DNA from: Azolla caroliniana | Taxonomy: Eukaryota; Plantae; Polypodiophyta | Length of the DNA: 64,000 nt | NCBI GenBank assembly: GCA_043228905.1 | Contig: JBHGNT010000015.1 | Location: 7,130,001 to 7,194,000 of the forward strand | Direction of reading: 5' to 3' | Shown: positions 12,409 through 25,588 of the stretch, in pieces | Position numbering within the stretch: the first letter of the stretch is position 1 | Layout of the letters: the number at the start of each line of letters is the position of its first letter | The notes under the pieces: model-generated | What the model saw: the letters and a program-made list of their open reading frames with translations, nothing else | Told to the model about the DNA's origin: nothing | Database searches by the model: none | Program-made: the position numbers and the translations under genes

Positions 12409-15400
12409 TGTGAACGATTGCTTGCGGAAGCGTTAGAGAAGCAGAGAAAACAAAAAATATGCAGAGAGTATGCGGGAGAGACGGAGAGAGCAGAATGTAA
12501 AAGTTATATTCAAAATAATAGAAAACACTATGTACATACTCTGTGCTCAATAGCACTATTTATACAAGTCCTACGCGGACTGACAGAAGTACTGTGTACT
12601 TCAATGCTCACACGGGCATCTGACACTAACTCTGAGACTATAACTACCTAGTAATCTAACTTATTACTAGGCTTCCGGCTACTGCTAGATCCGGCTAGCC
12701 ATCTCTATGCTCACCGACTCTGTAGCTTGCTGGCTCGGTTGCTCACCAGCATACCGATTTGTCTCACTTATCGGCTCAGGCTTTTTAGCCGATCCGGCTC
12801 CAGTTGAGCTTGTCGCTCAACACTCCCCCTCAAGCTCAACTCAAGGTCGGGTTGTAGTGTCATTCTCTATGGCGGCCGGTTCTTTCAACCGACTTCTCTT
12901 GGCATCGCTCCGCCTTGCTCGTGCTCCTCGTCCAACCCGGTCCCGTTTGCCACGACCACTCTGGTTCTGCGCGCCTCGACCTTCTCGGTCGGCATGTCTG
13001 CTCATCGGGCCCATCTCAGCTCCTTCGCTGCTATGACTCTGGCGCTTGCCGATCCGTCGGTTCCTCCGAGATGGCATTGACTTCCGCTGCGTCTGTGTCT
13101 CCTTGGCCTTTGGTTGATCTGACTCATCCGGATCCAACTCTTGATGCGAATCGGCTGTCTCCGACTCATTCCAGCTCTTGTCCGAATCGGTATCCTCCGA
13201 TTCGACTTCCGGCATCAGGCCTTTCACCACATCGGACCACGTCCGGGTCTTGTCCTTCTCCGTGCTTCCCTCGGCTTCTTTAGCTGGTTCACCAAAATCG
13301 AATTCTTCATTCGACTCCGCATCATGGTCATTACCGCCGTGATGACCTCCGCACAACATGCACTTCTCTTCCTGAGTGCACACTTCTTCCTTCCGGTTGG
13401 CTCGGTCCTTCTTGACTCTGCCACCACAGCCGCTTGCTCCGACTTGTTCGGATGTGTCGATTTCCTTCGTCGGCTCGACTTCTTTCTTCTTCTTGTCTCC
13501 CCTTCTTCCGGTTCTTCTCTTACCGACGGGTTCAACAGTTTCTTTGCCTTTGCCCGTTTCGATAATGTCTTTGCCCTTGCTTCTCCCCCTCAAGTGCGGC
13601 ACGTCGAGATGCTGAACACCAAGCATGTCGGTAAAGTGCTGCAACTTGTCAGATCCGCGCGGCTTGGTGAAGATGTCAACAACTTGCCGATCCGTGTGAA
13701 CATACCGAAGTTCAACTTCACCGCTCAGGACCCGCTCACGCACAAAATGATAATGCACTTCTATGTGTTTCGTGCGAGCATGGAACACAGGGTTCTTGGC
13801 GAGTTGCATGCTGCTGATGTTATCACAATAAATCGGGATCGGGGTCGGTACCTCGATCCGCAAGTCTCGCAGCAGTCGCCGAAGCCAAATGGCTTCGCAG
13901 GTAGCCACGATCACGCCCCGGTACTCAGCCTCAGTGCTAGATAGAGCCACTGTTGGCTGCTTTTTGCTACTCCACACAACAGCCGCGCTCCCAAGAGAAA
14001 ACATAAATCCGGAAGTCGATCGGCGATCTGACACATCGCCGGCCCAGTCAGCATCAGTGTAGCCGACCAACTCTTTAGTTATACTTCGCCGGTATAACAG
14101 TCCCCGGTCCTTCGTGCCGCTTACATATCGCAATATTCGTTGCGCGCACTAAAGGTGCTCAACAGTCGGCTTATGCATGAATTGGCTTATCACTCCGACC
14201 GGATAGCTGATGTCGGGTCGGGTGATGGTCAAATATATAAGGCTTCCAACGATTTGTCGGAACCGTTTCTCATTGCAGGCCGGTCTAGAGTTGGGATAGA
14301 GCTTCTGGTTCCGGTCCAAGGGTGTGGAGACAGGTCGACATTCTGTCATGCCGAACTTGTACAACATATTCAACGCGTAATGCCGTTGTGAGAGCAATAT
14401 GCCGTCGGGGGTGTGGATCACCTCGATCCCGAGGAAGTAATGAAGGTCCCCCAGGTCCTTCATCTCAAATGCGTCCGACAACTGGGACTTGACGCGGTCG
14501 ATTTCCGAAAGGCCCGGTCCGGTGATGACTAAATCATCAACATACAGTAATATACAGACCGAACCGTCCGATCCTTTTCGGATGAACAATGAAGAGTCCA
14601 ACTTGGAGGCCGCGAATCCCATCTTACACAACCGGTGTGTGATTTTCGCATTCCAAGCTCCGGGGGCTTGCTTCAAGCCGTAAAGTGACTTATTTAGTCG
14701 ACATACCGCCGAGTTGTTCATCTTTGATTGGAAACCAGGGGGTTGGATCATATAGACCCGTTCTTCAAGATCTCCTTGAAGGAAGGCATTCTTCACATCC
14801 ATCTGGTGAAGATGCCACCCCCTTGCCGCAGCAACCGCCAGCACCACACGAACCGTCCTCATCTTTGTGACAAGAGCGAAGGTCTCGTCGTAATCAATTC
14901 CGTGGGTCTGCGCATACCCCTTCGCCACTAACCGGGCCTTGTACCGGTTAACTGAACTGTCAGTGTTGTACTTTACCTTGTACACCCACTTGCATCTGAT
15001 CGGTTTGCAGTGATGGGGAGGGTCAACCAGGTCCCATGTCTCGTTGGCATCCAGTGCCTGCATTTCTTCCTCCATAGCGGCATGCCAATTTGCGTCCTTT
15101 GCCGCTTCTGCGTAGCTCTCCGGCTCACGCACTTCTGCCACCTTAGTCATGTACGCATAATGATGCGCCATGTACTCATTGTACCCGTATCGCTTGACGG
15201 GATCCTTCTGGCGGGTGGACCGACGTAATTCACTGTTACCCGTATTGAGGCCCTTCTTGGCCAGTTCGGACTTCGTTGCCGAAGATCCACCTTTCTCCTT
15301 GCCAGAATCGGATGCACACCAATCCGACTCATCGTTGCCGGTTTCGAATTCCGGCATCTTCTTTTTCGCTTTCTCTTTGCGCGTGAACCGTCTCCTCGGT

Positions 15401-18359
15401 TCCTTGCGCGGGGAGAGCATGGCAGAGTCTCCACTACTCGCCGGTTCCTCATCGGACTGGTCAGATTGACTCAGTCTCTCGTTCGGTCCGCTCAACCGAA
15501 ATGATTTTGGACCCTTCATCATCCCCTACTTGGGTCGGTTCTGGCTCACTAGCCTCATCCTCCGGCATCGGGACGGGATCGAAAGTCGGAGTCGGTAAGG
15601 AATACCATGCTACTGATTCATCGAACTCGACATCTTGGCTAACTCGGACCTGCTTTGTCCGGGGGTTATAACACTTATAACCCTTTTGCTCTTGAGCATA
15701 GCCGACGAGGATGCATTTTTCCGATTTTGCATCCAGCTTCCTCCGCTTCTCATCCGGCACATGCACATATGCAATGCTACCGAATATCCTAAGGTGTCTT
15801 AAGTTCGGCTTGCGCCGGAAATACAGCTCGTGAGCTGACACCTTGTCATCGATCCGGTTCTGGATGTAGACGACCGTCTGGACCGCTTCCGCCCAGTAGA
15901 ATTTGGGCATGCTCTTCTCCTCCAACATTGCCCTTGCCGCATCAATAAGTGACCGGTTCTTCCTTTCGGCGACACCGTTCTGTTGCAGTGTGTATTTGCA
16001 GCTGTACTTGTGCCGAATTCCTTTCTGCTGCAGATAGCTGTTGAATTGGCTGGAAAAATATTCTTTTCCGCCATCTGACCGCAGGCATTTGATCTTCCTC
16101 TTCGATTCCCGTTCCACCATCTTCTGGAGGCTCTGGAAACATTCGAAGACTTCACTCTTCTGCTCAATTAGGTAGATCCATGTGTGCCGTGTATAGTCGT
16201 CGATGAAGGAGACGAAATATCGACTCCCGCCAAGACTAACATTTTGTGCCAGTCCCCACACATCCGAATGGATAAGGTTGACCTTGTTACGGCTCCGGTT
16301 TCGTTCGGTGGGGAATGGAAGCCGGTGTTGCTTCTTGAGTTGGTAGGCTTCACATACTTAGGCTCTCCGGCCGCTAAACTTCGGCAAACCGAAAACAACT
16401 TGTTTCGTTTGCAGGTCTTGAAGCCTCCGGTAATTGATGTGGCCTATCCGCTTGTGCTACAGGTCGATGTCCGACTCGACCTTCTGTCCTTCTGCGAATA
16501 GAGCGGTGCCGACGTCATTGGTGTCGAGGATAAACATCCTCCTGTCTCTGCGCCCTTGCGCAATAACTTCGCCCTCATCCTCAATGAAGCACCGAAGGTG
16601 CGTAAACCGCACCTGCATCCCCTGGTCAACAATCTGTCCGACCGACACCGGGTTCTTCGTGATTGTCGGAACGTATAACATGTTCATCGTCTTCCCCTTC
16701 TGTCCGATGTGGCTCAAAGGGACTTCTCCGACATGCACGATTGGGTGAGGAGTGTCGTCTCCGGTTTCGACTACTCCTGGTTGATCCGGTTTCTCCAACA
16801 AAGAGAACCACTCCTTGTGGCTCGTCATGTGGTTTGACGCGCCAGAATCAACGTACCACACTTCCTCCGATTTGGAAGTGGTCTTCTTCATTGAGTTCGC
16901 CTTGTGCTTCATCACCAAGGCTGGCCCCTTACCGTTCTTGGATCCTCCCGATCCGTTTGAGTAGTGTGAGCTTTGCCGGCCATCCTTGCCGGCCTTGCCG
17001 GATTCGGATTTGTCCGAATCGGCGCGCTTTCTCCAACACTCACTTTCTCTGTGGCCCTTCTTGCCACAGTACCAGCATTCCGTTGCGTATTTGTTTTGCC
17101 GGCATCCGGTACCGCATTGACTCCCCCTACTTCCGGAGGGTCCGGAATTGTTGTCGGCACGATCTCTATGCCGTCGTTCTTGCTCTTGCCGGCCGCCTCC
17201 ATTTCGTGCCGACTTGCCTTGTCCACCACGCCCACGGGACCGATCCGCCTCCGTGTACAACATCCGACTGTCAGTGGGTGCGCTGGTTGACGCACCGGCG
17301 TGGTTCTCCTCTACAAGGAGCATCGACTGTAAGTCGAAAAATGACGACGTATTCTCCCTTGTACAAACCACCGCCCGAAAGGCTTTGTACTTAGATGCGA
17401 GGCCCCCAAGATAGACCTGTACCATCTCGTCTTCCTCTACGGTGACGTTAATAGAGGCAAGCGAGTCACAGATCTCTTTGATCTGGGCTGTATAGTCAGC
17501 CACCGACAAGTCCCTCTGTCGGACATTGCTCAACTCTTGTCAGAGTTGCAGCTTTCGGGCTGTAGTGCTTGCGGCGAAAACCTTCTTCAGGTTTCCCGAA
17601 GCCTCCTTCGGCGTCTTGGCGTCTCGGATTTGGCTTACCAGTTGATCCCCGACACTGGACGCAAAGCAGTACATCACTCTGCTTGCCGATTGTTCCCACG
17701 TTGGGAAGTCCTCATGTGTCGTACTAGGTGCTGTTTCGTTCGTTCGTTCCACGAAACTCCAATACCCATGCCCCAATAGGTACTGATGCATTTTGTACGA
17801 CCAGGACGCATAGTTGCTCCGGTCGAGTTTCTCTGTGGGAAGTGAACTTGCCATACCTCTGTCCATAACTGCTTCAGTGTCTGTTCTTGCAACCTGTTGG
17901 GTTTTGCTTCTCAAGGTGAATGTCTGCAACAGAGGTTCTCAACCCTCGCGCTCTGATACCATGTGAACGATTGCTTGCGGAAGCGTTAGAGAAGCAGAGA
18001 AAACAGAAAATATGCCGAGAGTACGCGGGAGAGACAGAGAGAGAAGAACGTAAAAGTTATATTCAAAATAATAGAAAACACTATGTACATACTCTGTGCT
18101 CAATAGCACTATTTATACAAGTCCTACGCGGACTGACAGAAGTACTGTGTACTTCAATGCTCACACGAGCATCTGACACTAACTCTGAGATTATAACTAC
18201 CTAGTAATCTAACTTATTACTAGGCTCTCTGCTCACCGGCTCTCTGCTCACCGACTCTGTAGCTTGCCGGCTTGGTTGCTCACCGGCATACCGATCTGTC
18301 TCACTTACCGGCTCAGGCTTTTCAGCCGATCCTGCTCTAGTTGAGCTTGCCGCTCAACA
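12409..18359 (-). mobile_element. Ty1/copia element C, full length
   Basis: LTRs at 12409-12822 and 17962-18359; TSD GATTA; iMet PBS ending at 17961; PPT CTTGAGGGGGAG at 12823-12834. Confidence 0.95.
12841..17929 (-). pseudogene. Copia C gag-pol polyprotein, interrupted by a few stops and frameshifts
   Basis: Zinc knuckle CWYCGKKGHRESEC, protease WYVDSGAS, integrase (LRSDGGKEY, QNGVAERKNR), RT (HQMDVKNAFL, YVDD), RNase H (YTDADWAG, RTKHIEVHYHF), then a ~250-aa charged tail. Confidence 0.93.
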
Positions 18360-18780
18360 GATTACAACACTAATCTAAATTTATGTTACAAGTCGGTCGG
18401 TATGTAGTCGAGTCGGCATAGGTGAGGTTCGTGTCGAGCCTAGCATGGCTCATTATCATGATTGATTCGGTCGACTCTTACCTTCTGCTCCTCGTTCGAC
18501 TTTCTTTTGCTCGGTTGCTTGTCGCAGTCCCATCTTTGACCTTAGTGCTCCGAAGCATTGATCTGGCAGTGGCTTTGTCAGGCAATTGGCGATGTTCACC
18601 TCAGTGTCGATCTTCTAGACTTTGAGCCTCTTCTCAGTTATGATCTCCCGGATGTGATGATACATACCGTACCTCAATGTGCTTCGTCTTTGCGTGATAG
18701 ACGGGATTGTTAATGAGGTGAATTGCGCTCTGGGAGTCGCAATAGATGGTCAGTGTTGGTCGGTCGATTCGGCTTGTAGA

Positions 18781-21700
18781 TAGCAATGGGCCCGGTTCGG
18801 TTAGGTATTTTGGCCTTGAAACCAAACCAAACCAAACCAAACCAAACCAAACCAAACCAAACCAAACCAAACCACTTATTAAGAAAAAAAACCCAACCAA
18901 ACCGTTTGAACATTTTGAAGCCATTTAAACCAAACCATTTTGAACCGAACCATTTAAACCAAACCATTTAAGAAGTATGAGAAACCAAACCATTTAAGCC
19001 AAACCGTTTAGGAACAATTTAGAACCAAACCAAAGCATTTACGAAAAAATCAGAACCAAACCAAACCATTTACGAAAAAACCAAAACCAAATCAAACCAA
19101 ACCACTTAAAAAAAATGTAACAAAAGACATTGCAACATCTAAACTAGAACCAGAGATTCGTTAGACATAATAAACATAAGTAGAGGTTAGATAAACATAA
19201 AAACAAAACCAAAGCAAATAATAATAAACAAAACGAATTAGAGAAAGAAAAACAGAAATTTAGACATTTTAAATGTTTTTGAAGAAGAATACCATAATAA
19301 TCAGAAATTTTCTGATATTAAAGTTTTGTGGAGAATGTATAGATAATACACAAAAAACTAAAAGTTTTTTGGAATGAAATCCTAGAGCTTATGACCAACA
19401 ATCGATCATATACAGTTCACGTCAACATTTAAGTTTGTATCCACCATTTACAACAAAGTCAAAAATATAAGAAAAATGTGAAAAACCTCTACATAAACTA
19501 ATGCTCCTCTTTTAGTTTCCAGTGTTTACTTTTAGCTTGAATTACGGATTCCTGGAAGTATAAAATAATTAAAAGAAGTAATTAGTAATAAAATAAAATA
19601 AAATAAAAAAAATAAAAAATAAAATAAAAACAAATTCGTAAAAGTATGCACTAAGAAATTACAATGTCTTCGAGGATCTCCAATTGCAACTTGCATTTCA
19701 TGGACTTGTGAAAAAGTATCATGATTCCTGTACCATGTACATATAAAAAACATCAAATAAGTAAAAAACTAGTAATGAAAAATAAACTTAAAGAATGAAT
19801 TAAAAGGTATGCACACCTTATCTCCCATGATTATCACGTAACATGTTATCTATTACCTCGTCTTCACCAATAACATCATCTAGATTAAATTTTAGTTCTT
19901 CATAAGCCATGTGAAAGTTATCTGTTATTTGAACATCCGATTCTTGCAAAACTTGCATCCATGATTGAATACACATTTTGGCCTTGAATGTGCATGAATG
20001 TAGTTTGATCCTATCATCAAAGGTCATTTTTGCAGGTACTGATGATGCTGGTATAGCAAGGTAATCACATGCCATCCTATACAGTTGTGGCATTGCAGAT
20101 TTATTATCATGCCACCATTCTAAAGGATCCTTGTCTGTGCTAGCTAAAGGAAGTCTTATGAACTGCTCAATTTCTGATCATGAATCAGAAACAAGACTTT
20201 TATTGTGTACACCCATTAACCTCCAAATTTTAGAGTTATTATCAATAGGTTGTATTGTGGTTGAAGGTCAACACCACTCGAGAATGAGTGGTAATGGGAC
20301 TCAATCATGCCTTCAACCAGCTTAATATCCAACTCTCTTTCGATATGGTCATTTGGAATAGGCAATCTATAAAGGAATGAAAAATATTATTAAACTCAAA
20401 TAAAATATCAGAAAGCATGAAGACAATTGTAAAACTTAAAGGAAAGTATTACCTGGGATCAAGAAACATTGCAATGCGCGATGGAATAGACTTTAACGAT
20501 TCTTAATACTTAATTAAATATTGTAAGCAGTTCTCAGACGCTTTTTGAAGCACCTCTTGTGTGAATCTAGATGATCTCGGAAGTGAAGAATCTAAAAACT
20601 GATTACAATGATTAAGTAAAAAATTATAAGCTAGTGATGCTAATGATAATGTAGGATATCTTGATCCTCCTAGAAAGGTAGAAACCTCTGCAGGTGTTTC
20701 TAACCATTCCTCCATAGCATGTATGTGACTCCAATCTTCTACGGTCAAGACATAACCATTGAAATCACTTGAAATGGTTAGATCTGAAACTGTAAAATTC
20801 AATATATCTCTATCCTTGATAGCTTGCCTAAATATCTCCAAAGTAGAATTCCATCTTGTAACAACATTAAGCCTTGGAGGTTCCTTTTCACGATGTTCAA
20901 CCATCATAGCATACTTCCTATGAACTTCCCTTCGAACCTTGCTAGATCTAATAGTTTGGAGCACTGTTCTCAACTTTTTCGTTGAGGGTGAGATAATTTG
21001 TAATGCTGACTTGATGCCCAATTGAAAAGTGTGCACCATACACCTTAACATGTGTGAGGGAGCTAAAATTTCCTTACCATGTTCATTTTGTAACAACATG
21101 CTCAATTCCTTTGCAGCCATTTGTGCATCACTAGCTCCATAAAAAATTGTAGCTAATAATCGACTTGAAATATTAAAAGATCCAAGTCGACAAAAGAGGG
21201 CATGTGCACAACGTTTCCTTGATCCAACACCTGGAAATACATGCATAAAATCCAATAGCATGGACCTTGATCTTGCTGTCTCATGACATGCCCAATGAAG
21301 TGTCACTGAGTAGAAGCCCTTTAGACTACTATTTGATCAACCATCAAAAGGAATAGAAAATCTTGATTGACTTTTTGATATCAAATCTATCACTTGATGG
21401 TGCAACACCACATACATTTCTAAGATGGAACGTTTAATCGTGCGCCTTGTCTTCATTTGATATCCAGGTACAAGATTGTGTACGAACTCTTTAAATGCAT
21501 CTGATTCCACATGTGCATGGGGCAAAGTTCCCTTGACAATATACTTCGTGATGAAACAATCAATTTTCTTCTCTAAAACACGATATACTTTAGTAGACTC
21601 TATAGAAGATTGAATAATCTTCGAAATACCTGAATTTTGATTTGGTTCGTCTGATAGATGATGCTTTTCCGTTAAATGCTTAGCTATAGTACCTGTGGAT

Positions 21701-24700
21701 GTTGTTGAAGACCAACAAACATGACAATGATGGCATCGTTGTCGAGGTGTGCCATTATCCATATAAGATATGATGTGAGCATCTGTCCATGATGTACGTT
21801 GCCTTTTTCTTGACATGCTTGTTTGCCCATGGCTAACATTAATTGATGATGAGTCCATCGCTGCATGAGTTTGAGAAGATGATTCCATTTAATGTTGTCC
21901 CTATAAAACATAAAAAAGAAAGCATAGTTATGTATATAATACACATATTTTGTCCATAAGATAATAACTTACTAACTACCATGACTATGACTCATATATG
22001 CATGATTGCATCCTCTTATTAATTAAAATGGTCATATTGCATACACACATCTACCACATATTCTTTATCACACCCTATAAGCCATGTGCATGCATGTTCA
22101 TATCAAATTGGGAAGTAGGAATAACTAACTGCCTCTTCTTGAATTTGTTTAGTGCTGAAAATTGGCAACAGAACATAATAGGAATACATGGTTTAGATAA
22201 TCAAAATAGACGATCTCCTTTTGCATAGGCAAGCAAGACCATACAAACATAAGGCTATGCCATTAATAGCAATAGTAAACAACATTGTATGTACTGAGCA
22301 AATACAATGCAAACAAGTTAAAAAGCTCACAAAAACTACTAGATTCGAATGATCTCAAGCAAGAGAAAAGATGCACAAAGAGGCAACACCAATATATACA
22401 ATCAAACTAGGAAATATATACTATATAAGCCATTTTTAAAACATTCCTAAAGAATCCATGATAAGCTTTCGGTTCTTTCAATCTTTGATTTTTGAGAAGT
22501 GAAATACCACTAAAGAATATATTCCAAAAGGGCATGATAGAGTAATTCTCTTTGCTAAAGTTTTTGAGAACTATTTAATTCCAAATGTTGTATCCATCGC
22601 ATGCAACTCTTCGTTGGCTTCAATGTGGTGAAAGGAATGAGATGAGAGACTTAACTGATGACTTGGGCTAAAATCTAAAATAAAAATGAAGAGAACAACC
22701 ATTCTATTTTTGTTAATGCATTTGTTGGGAACCCTCAATCTGAGGAAAAAACCCACAAAACATGTTCTAATACCCGTGTAATGGTGACTATACTCGATCC
22801 TAATACCCAACACACACATTTACTAATATAATTGTATGTTTCACATGAGAGAGAGAGAGAGATCCATACAAAAGCTTGCTTTGGATTCTAGTATGAGTAG
22901 ACGAGTGTGTGTTCAAATGTTAAAGTTAAGCCTATGAACTCACTTTTTAAAGTAAACCGACTCTATATCAATTCACTTAAAAGTTAGAAGTGTGGATAAA
23001 TGACAGGACTAAGTATTTCTTTTTTTCAGAGGTGAAGCATGGGAATTTCCCCTTGCCTTATTCAAATATCGATCAAACAGTAAACTAAAAGAAGAATTAA
23101 GAGATTCTGTTAAAAATCATATCCAAGTGGTTAGGTCAATCCAGCACTAATTTCTCAAAGTGAGATTACTGACAAACATAATAGTTCCCGATCAAACCCG
23201 TCAAGACATTTTTGATGTGATCAAAGTCAACATTACCTTAACTATCAAGGCATTGATGGATCCATCAAGGAACCAAGCATTGGATTGATGAATTATTCAG
23301 GAACAAGCCACGAGTCCTCGTTCTAGGGAACAATATAGCAGATTAAAGAAAAGGCAAAAAATTAATTCTATGTGTTCACCAAATCCATTTTTATGTCTTA
23401 TAGGGTCCAAAAGCCATCCTTTTCCATTTAGTCTCCTAGATCTGGCTTTTCATTTGAAGTCTCAGATAAGGCTTCATATTAAGATGCTTCAATTTGCATA
23501 CGGACATTAAATTATTTGCAATTACTCTATAATATATATGTATACATATATATATGTAATTAGTACTTTCTAAACATATTTTGCAACTCATTTGAAGGGC
23601 AGACTTGAATACAGATCAAAATCTCAAAGAATAGGCAATGGGGATGATAGTGAGAAAGTTTTCTTTTTTCTTTATATTGTTCAAGACAACATGGTCCAAC
23701 TGTACATTGGGCTTCCAGATGCTTAGACCAAGATGTTTTCTCCATTTCTTCTTGATGTAATTAAGCCTCTTATCCAACCAACAACAAAAAGATTACCATT
23801 GTACATCAAAGAAAGACCCATGTTTGGGATGTAAATTTTAGAGGAGAATCAATTCCTGTTATCTCAGATTCTGCTGTTCCAAACATAATGAAAACTCATG
23901 TACCTACATATTTGGTTCTCGTTAAGGATGTTAATGCATATGAAATTGAAACGAAGTTCTCTGCATTTCACAAAGATAGGGCCTGGCAAGCTTTCTTGAG
24001 CATTATCAGTTCTCAAAGTCTTCGTCATATGAGTTATCTTCCTCTAAAAGGCACAAGGATCATGCAACTGATTTGATCTCAAGATTATGAATCTGGGAGG
24101 CAAGATAACATAGAATCTGACAATGTGAAACAACTAAGGGCCAATGGTCCTTGGTGCAAGGAGCCACAGCTTGTAGACCAATGGATCATCATATGATCAG
24201 CCCAGTTAGCATTGGATTCTATTGTGTGGAGGTGTGAATATCTAATCAAAAAAGTCGAGCCTTAGAAAGTCACTTTAGTTAGGCCCTACATAAAATTCAA
24301 GTAAAAGGTATAATTGAGTGTATAGGTTAGAAGCTAATGCATTTTTTTTAACAAGGTTACTCTTTGGTGGCATGAGAAAGACTGCCTTGTTCAAACAACA
24401 TTCTCACATCTCTTTTGATGAAACTCGAAATTTGATTTTAGAGAGGAAGAGTTATGTTAAAAAGCAAAAACCCCAGGGAATCATAACTGATTTACTCTCT
24501 TTTCTGGTGTACTCATTGGAATAGTGTGGGAGCTCTATGTATGACTTTTAGAGATGAATAAGCTTAAATTTCTCCTGGGTTCAGGGCTTACTTTACATTA
24601 ATTATCAATAAAAGAAATACTGAGAAGCACAAACCTTTGAAGGTCAACATGGTGTCAAATTCTTTGTGCAATAGAAATCTAGCTCTCTGGATGTGGAATT

Positions 24701-25588
24701 AAGTCATTAGTTAATATGAAATTGTAAGGAAATCTTTATTTAGAAAACTACACGGTACACCAATGGTGAGATAAGCACAATCAGTGTTTGAATTGTGATT
24801 TTACAGCTCTCTGAGGTTCCTTAGGCCAGTCTCAGATGAATCACATTAAGCGAAATGGTTGGCATATATGTAACAAGAGAAAACCAAATCATCAATAAGT
24901 ATCTAGAGAAGAATCAACTTTTACTCAAACTAAACCATGCTCATCTCTCTATATATACCAGGAGAAAACCAAAATCTTCTTATTTGTATTATGAAAGTCT
25001 AGTATACATTCGAAACATAACCAAACCAAAATTCTCCCTCGACATATACCATGAGGAAATTCAAAGCTTCACACTTATTAGACTGTTGAAGAGTGCTTCG
25101 TACACATTCAGAACCTTAAACGAACCCAAAATAGTCGATCAATACATACATGTGTAACGTGTTATAGTAGATTGTAGACTGTATAGTAGGAACTTTGGAG
25201 AGGACTAAGTAGTAAGTCGTAAGGAGTTAGGAGTTAGGAGTTAGGATGAGGACCGAGGTAGCGTAGGAGAGAGTATGTACTGTAGACTATAGTCTGTGAA
25301 GGCGTGCAGAAGAGAGAGTCAGGAGGCAAGAGTCAATAGTTAGAATTTAGGATTGGATTATTATTTTTAAATCTAAAAACCTAAAAACCAAACCTTTAAA
25401 CCGAAACCGATAAACTGATAAGCCTTTAAACCGCTAAACCGCTAAACCGTTAACTCCAAAAACCGAACCAAACCGAATTGTATACTATGAAACCAAACCA
25501 AACTAATTATTTAACTTTAAACCGATAAAACATTAAGCCACGACTTAGTGGTTCGGTTCGGTTCGAGCTGAAACCGGGCCCATTGCTA
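18781..25588 (-). mobile_element. hAT DNA transposon 1 (Ac-like), 6.8 kb
   Basis: 17-bp TIR TAGCAATGGGCCCGGTT; 8-bp TSD CTTGTAGA; dense AAACC/AAACCG subterminal repeats. Confidence 0.95.
19818..21888 (-). pseudogene. hAT transposase (BED finger, DDE core, dimerisation domain), disrupted
   Basis: CHHC...HLTEKH BED finger, RCMVH, TRWNST, YPT and DYLAIPASSVP motifs; stops and frameshifts; probable intron ~20370-20452. Confidence 0.88.

Noticed and set aside
13141-13944. Long antisense ORFs over copia C and the gag-only elements (also 16663-17394, 39211-39945, 58998-59624)
   Set aside because: Shadow frames of GC-rich or purine-biased coding strands with no recognisable motifs.
18634-18971. (GLVWF)n / (PNQTK)n ORFs
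   Set aside because: Translations of the AAACC subterminal repeat of hAT 1.
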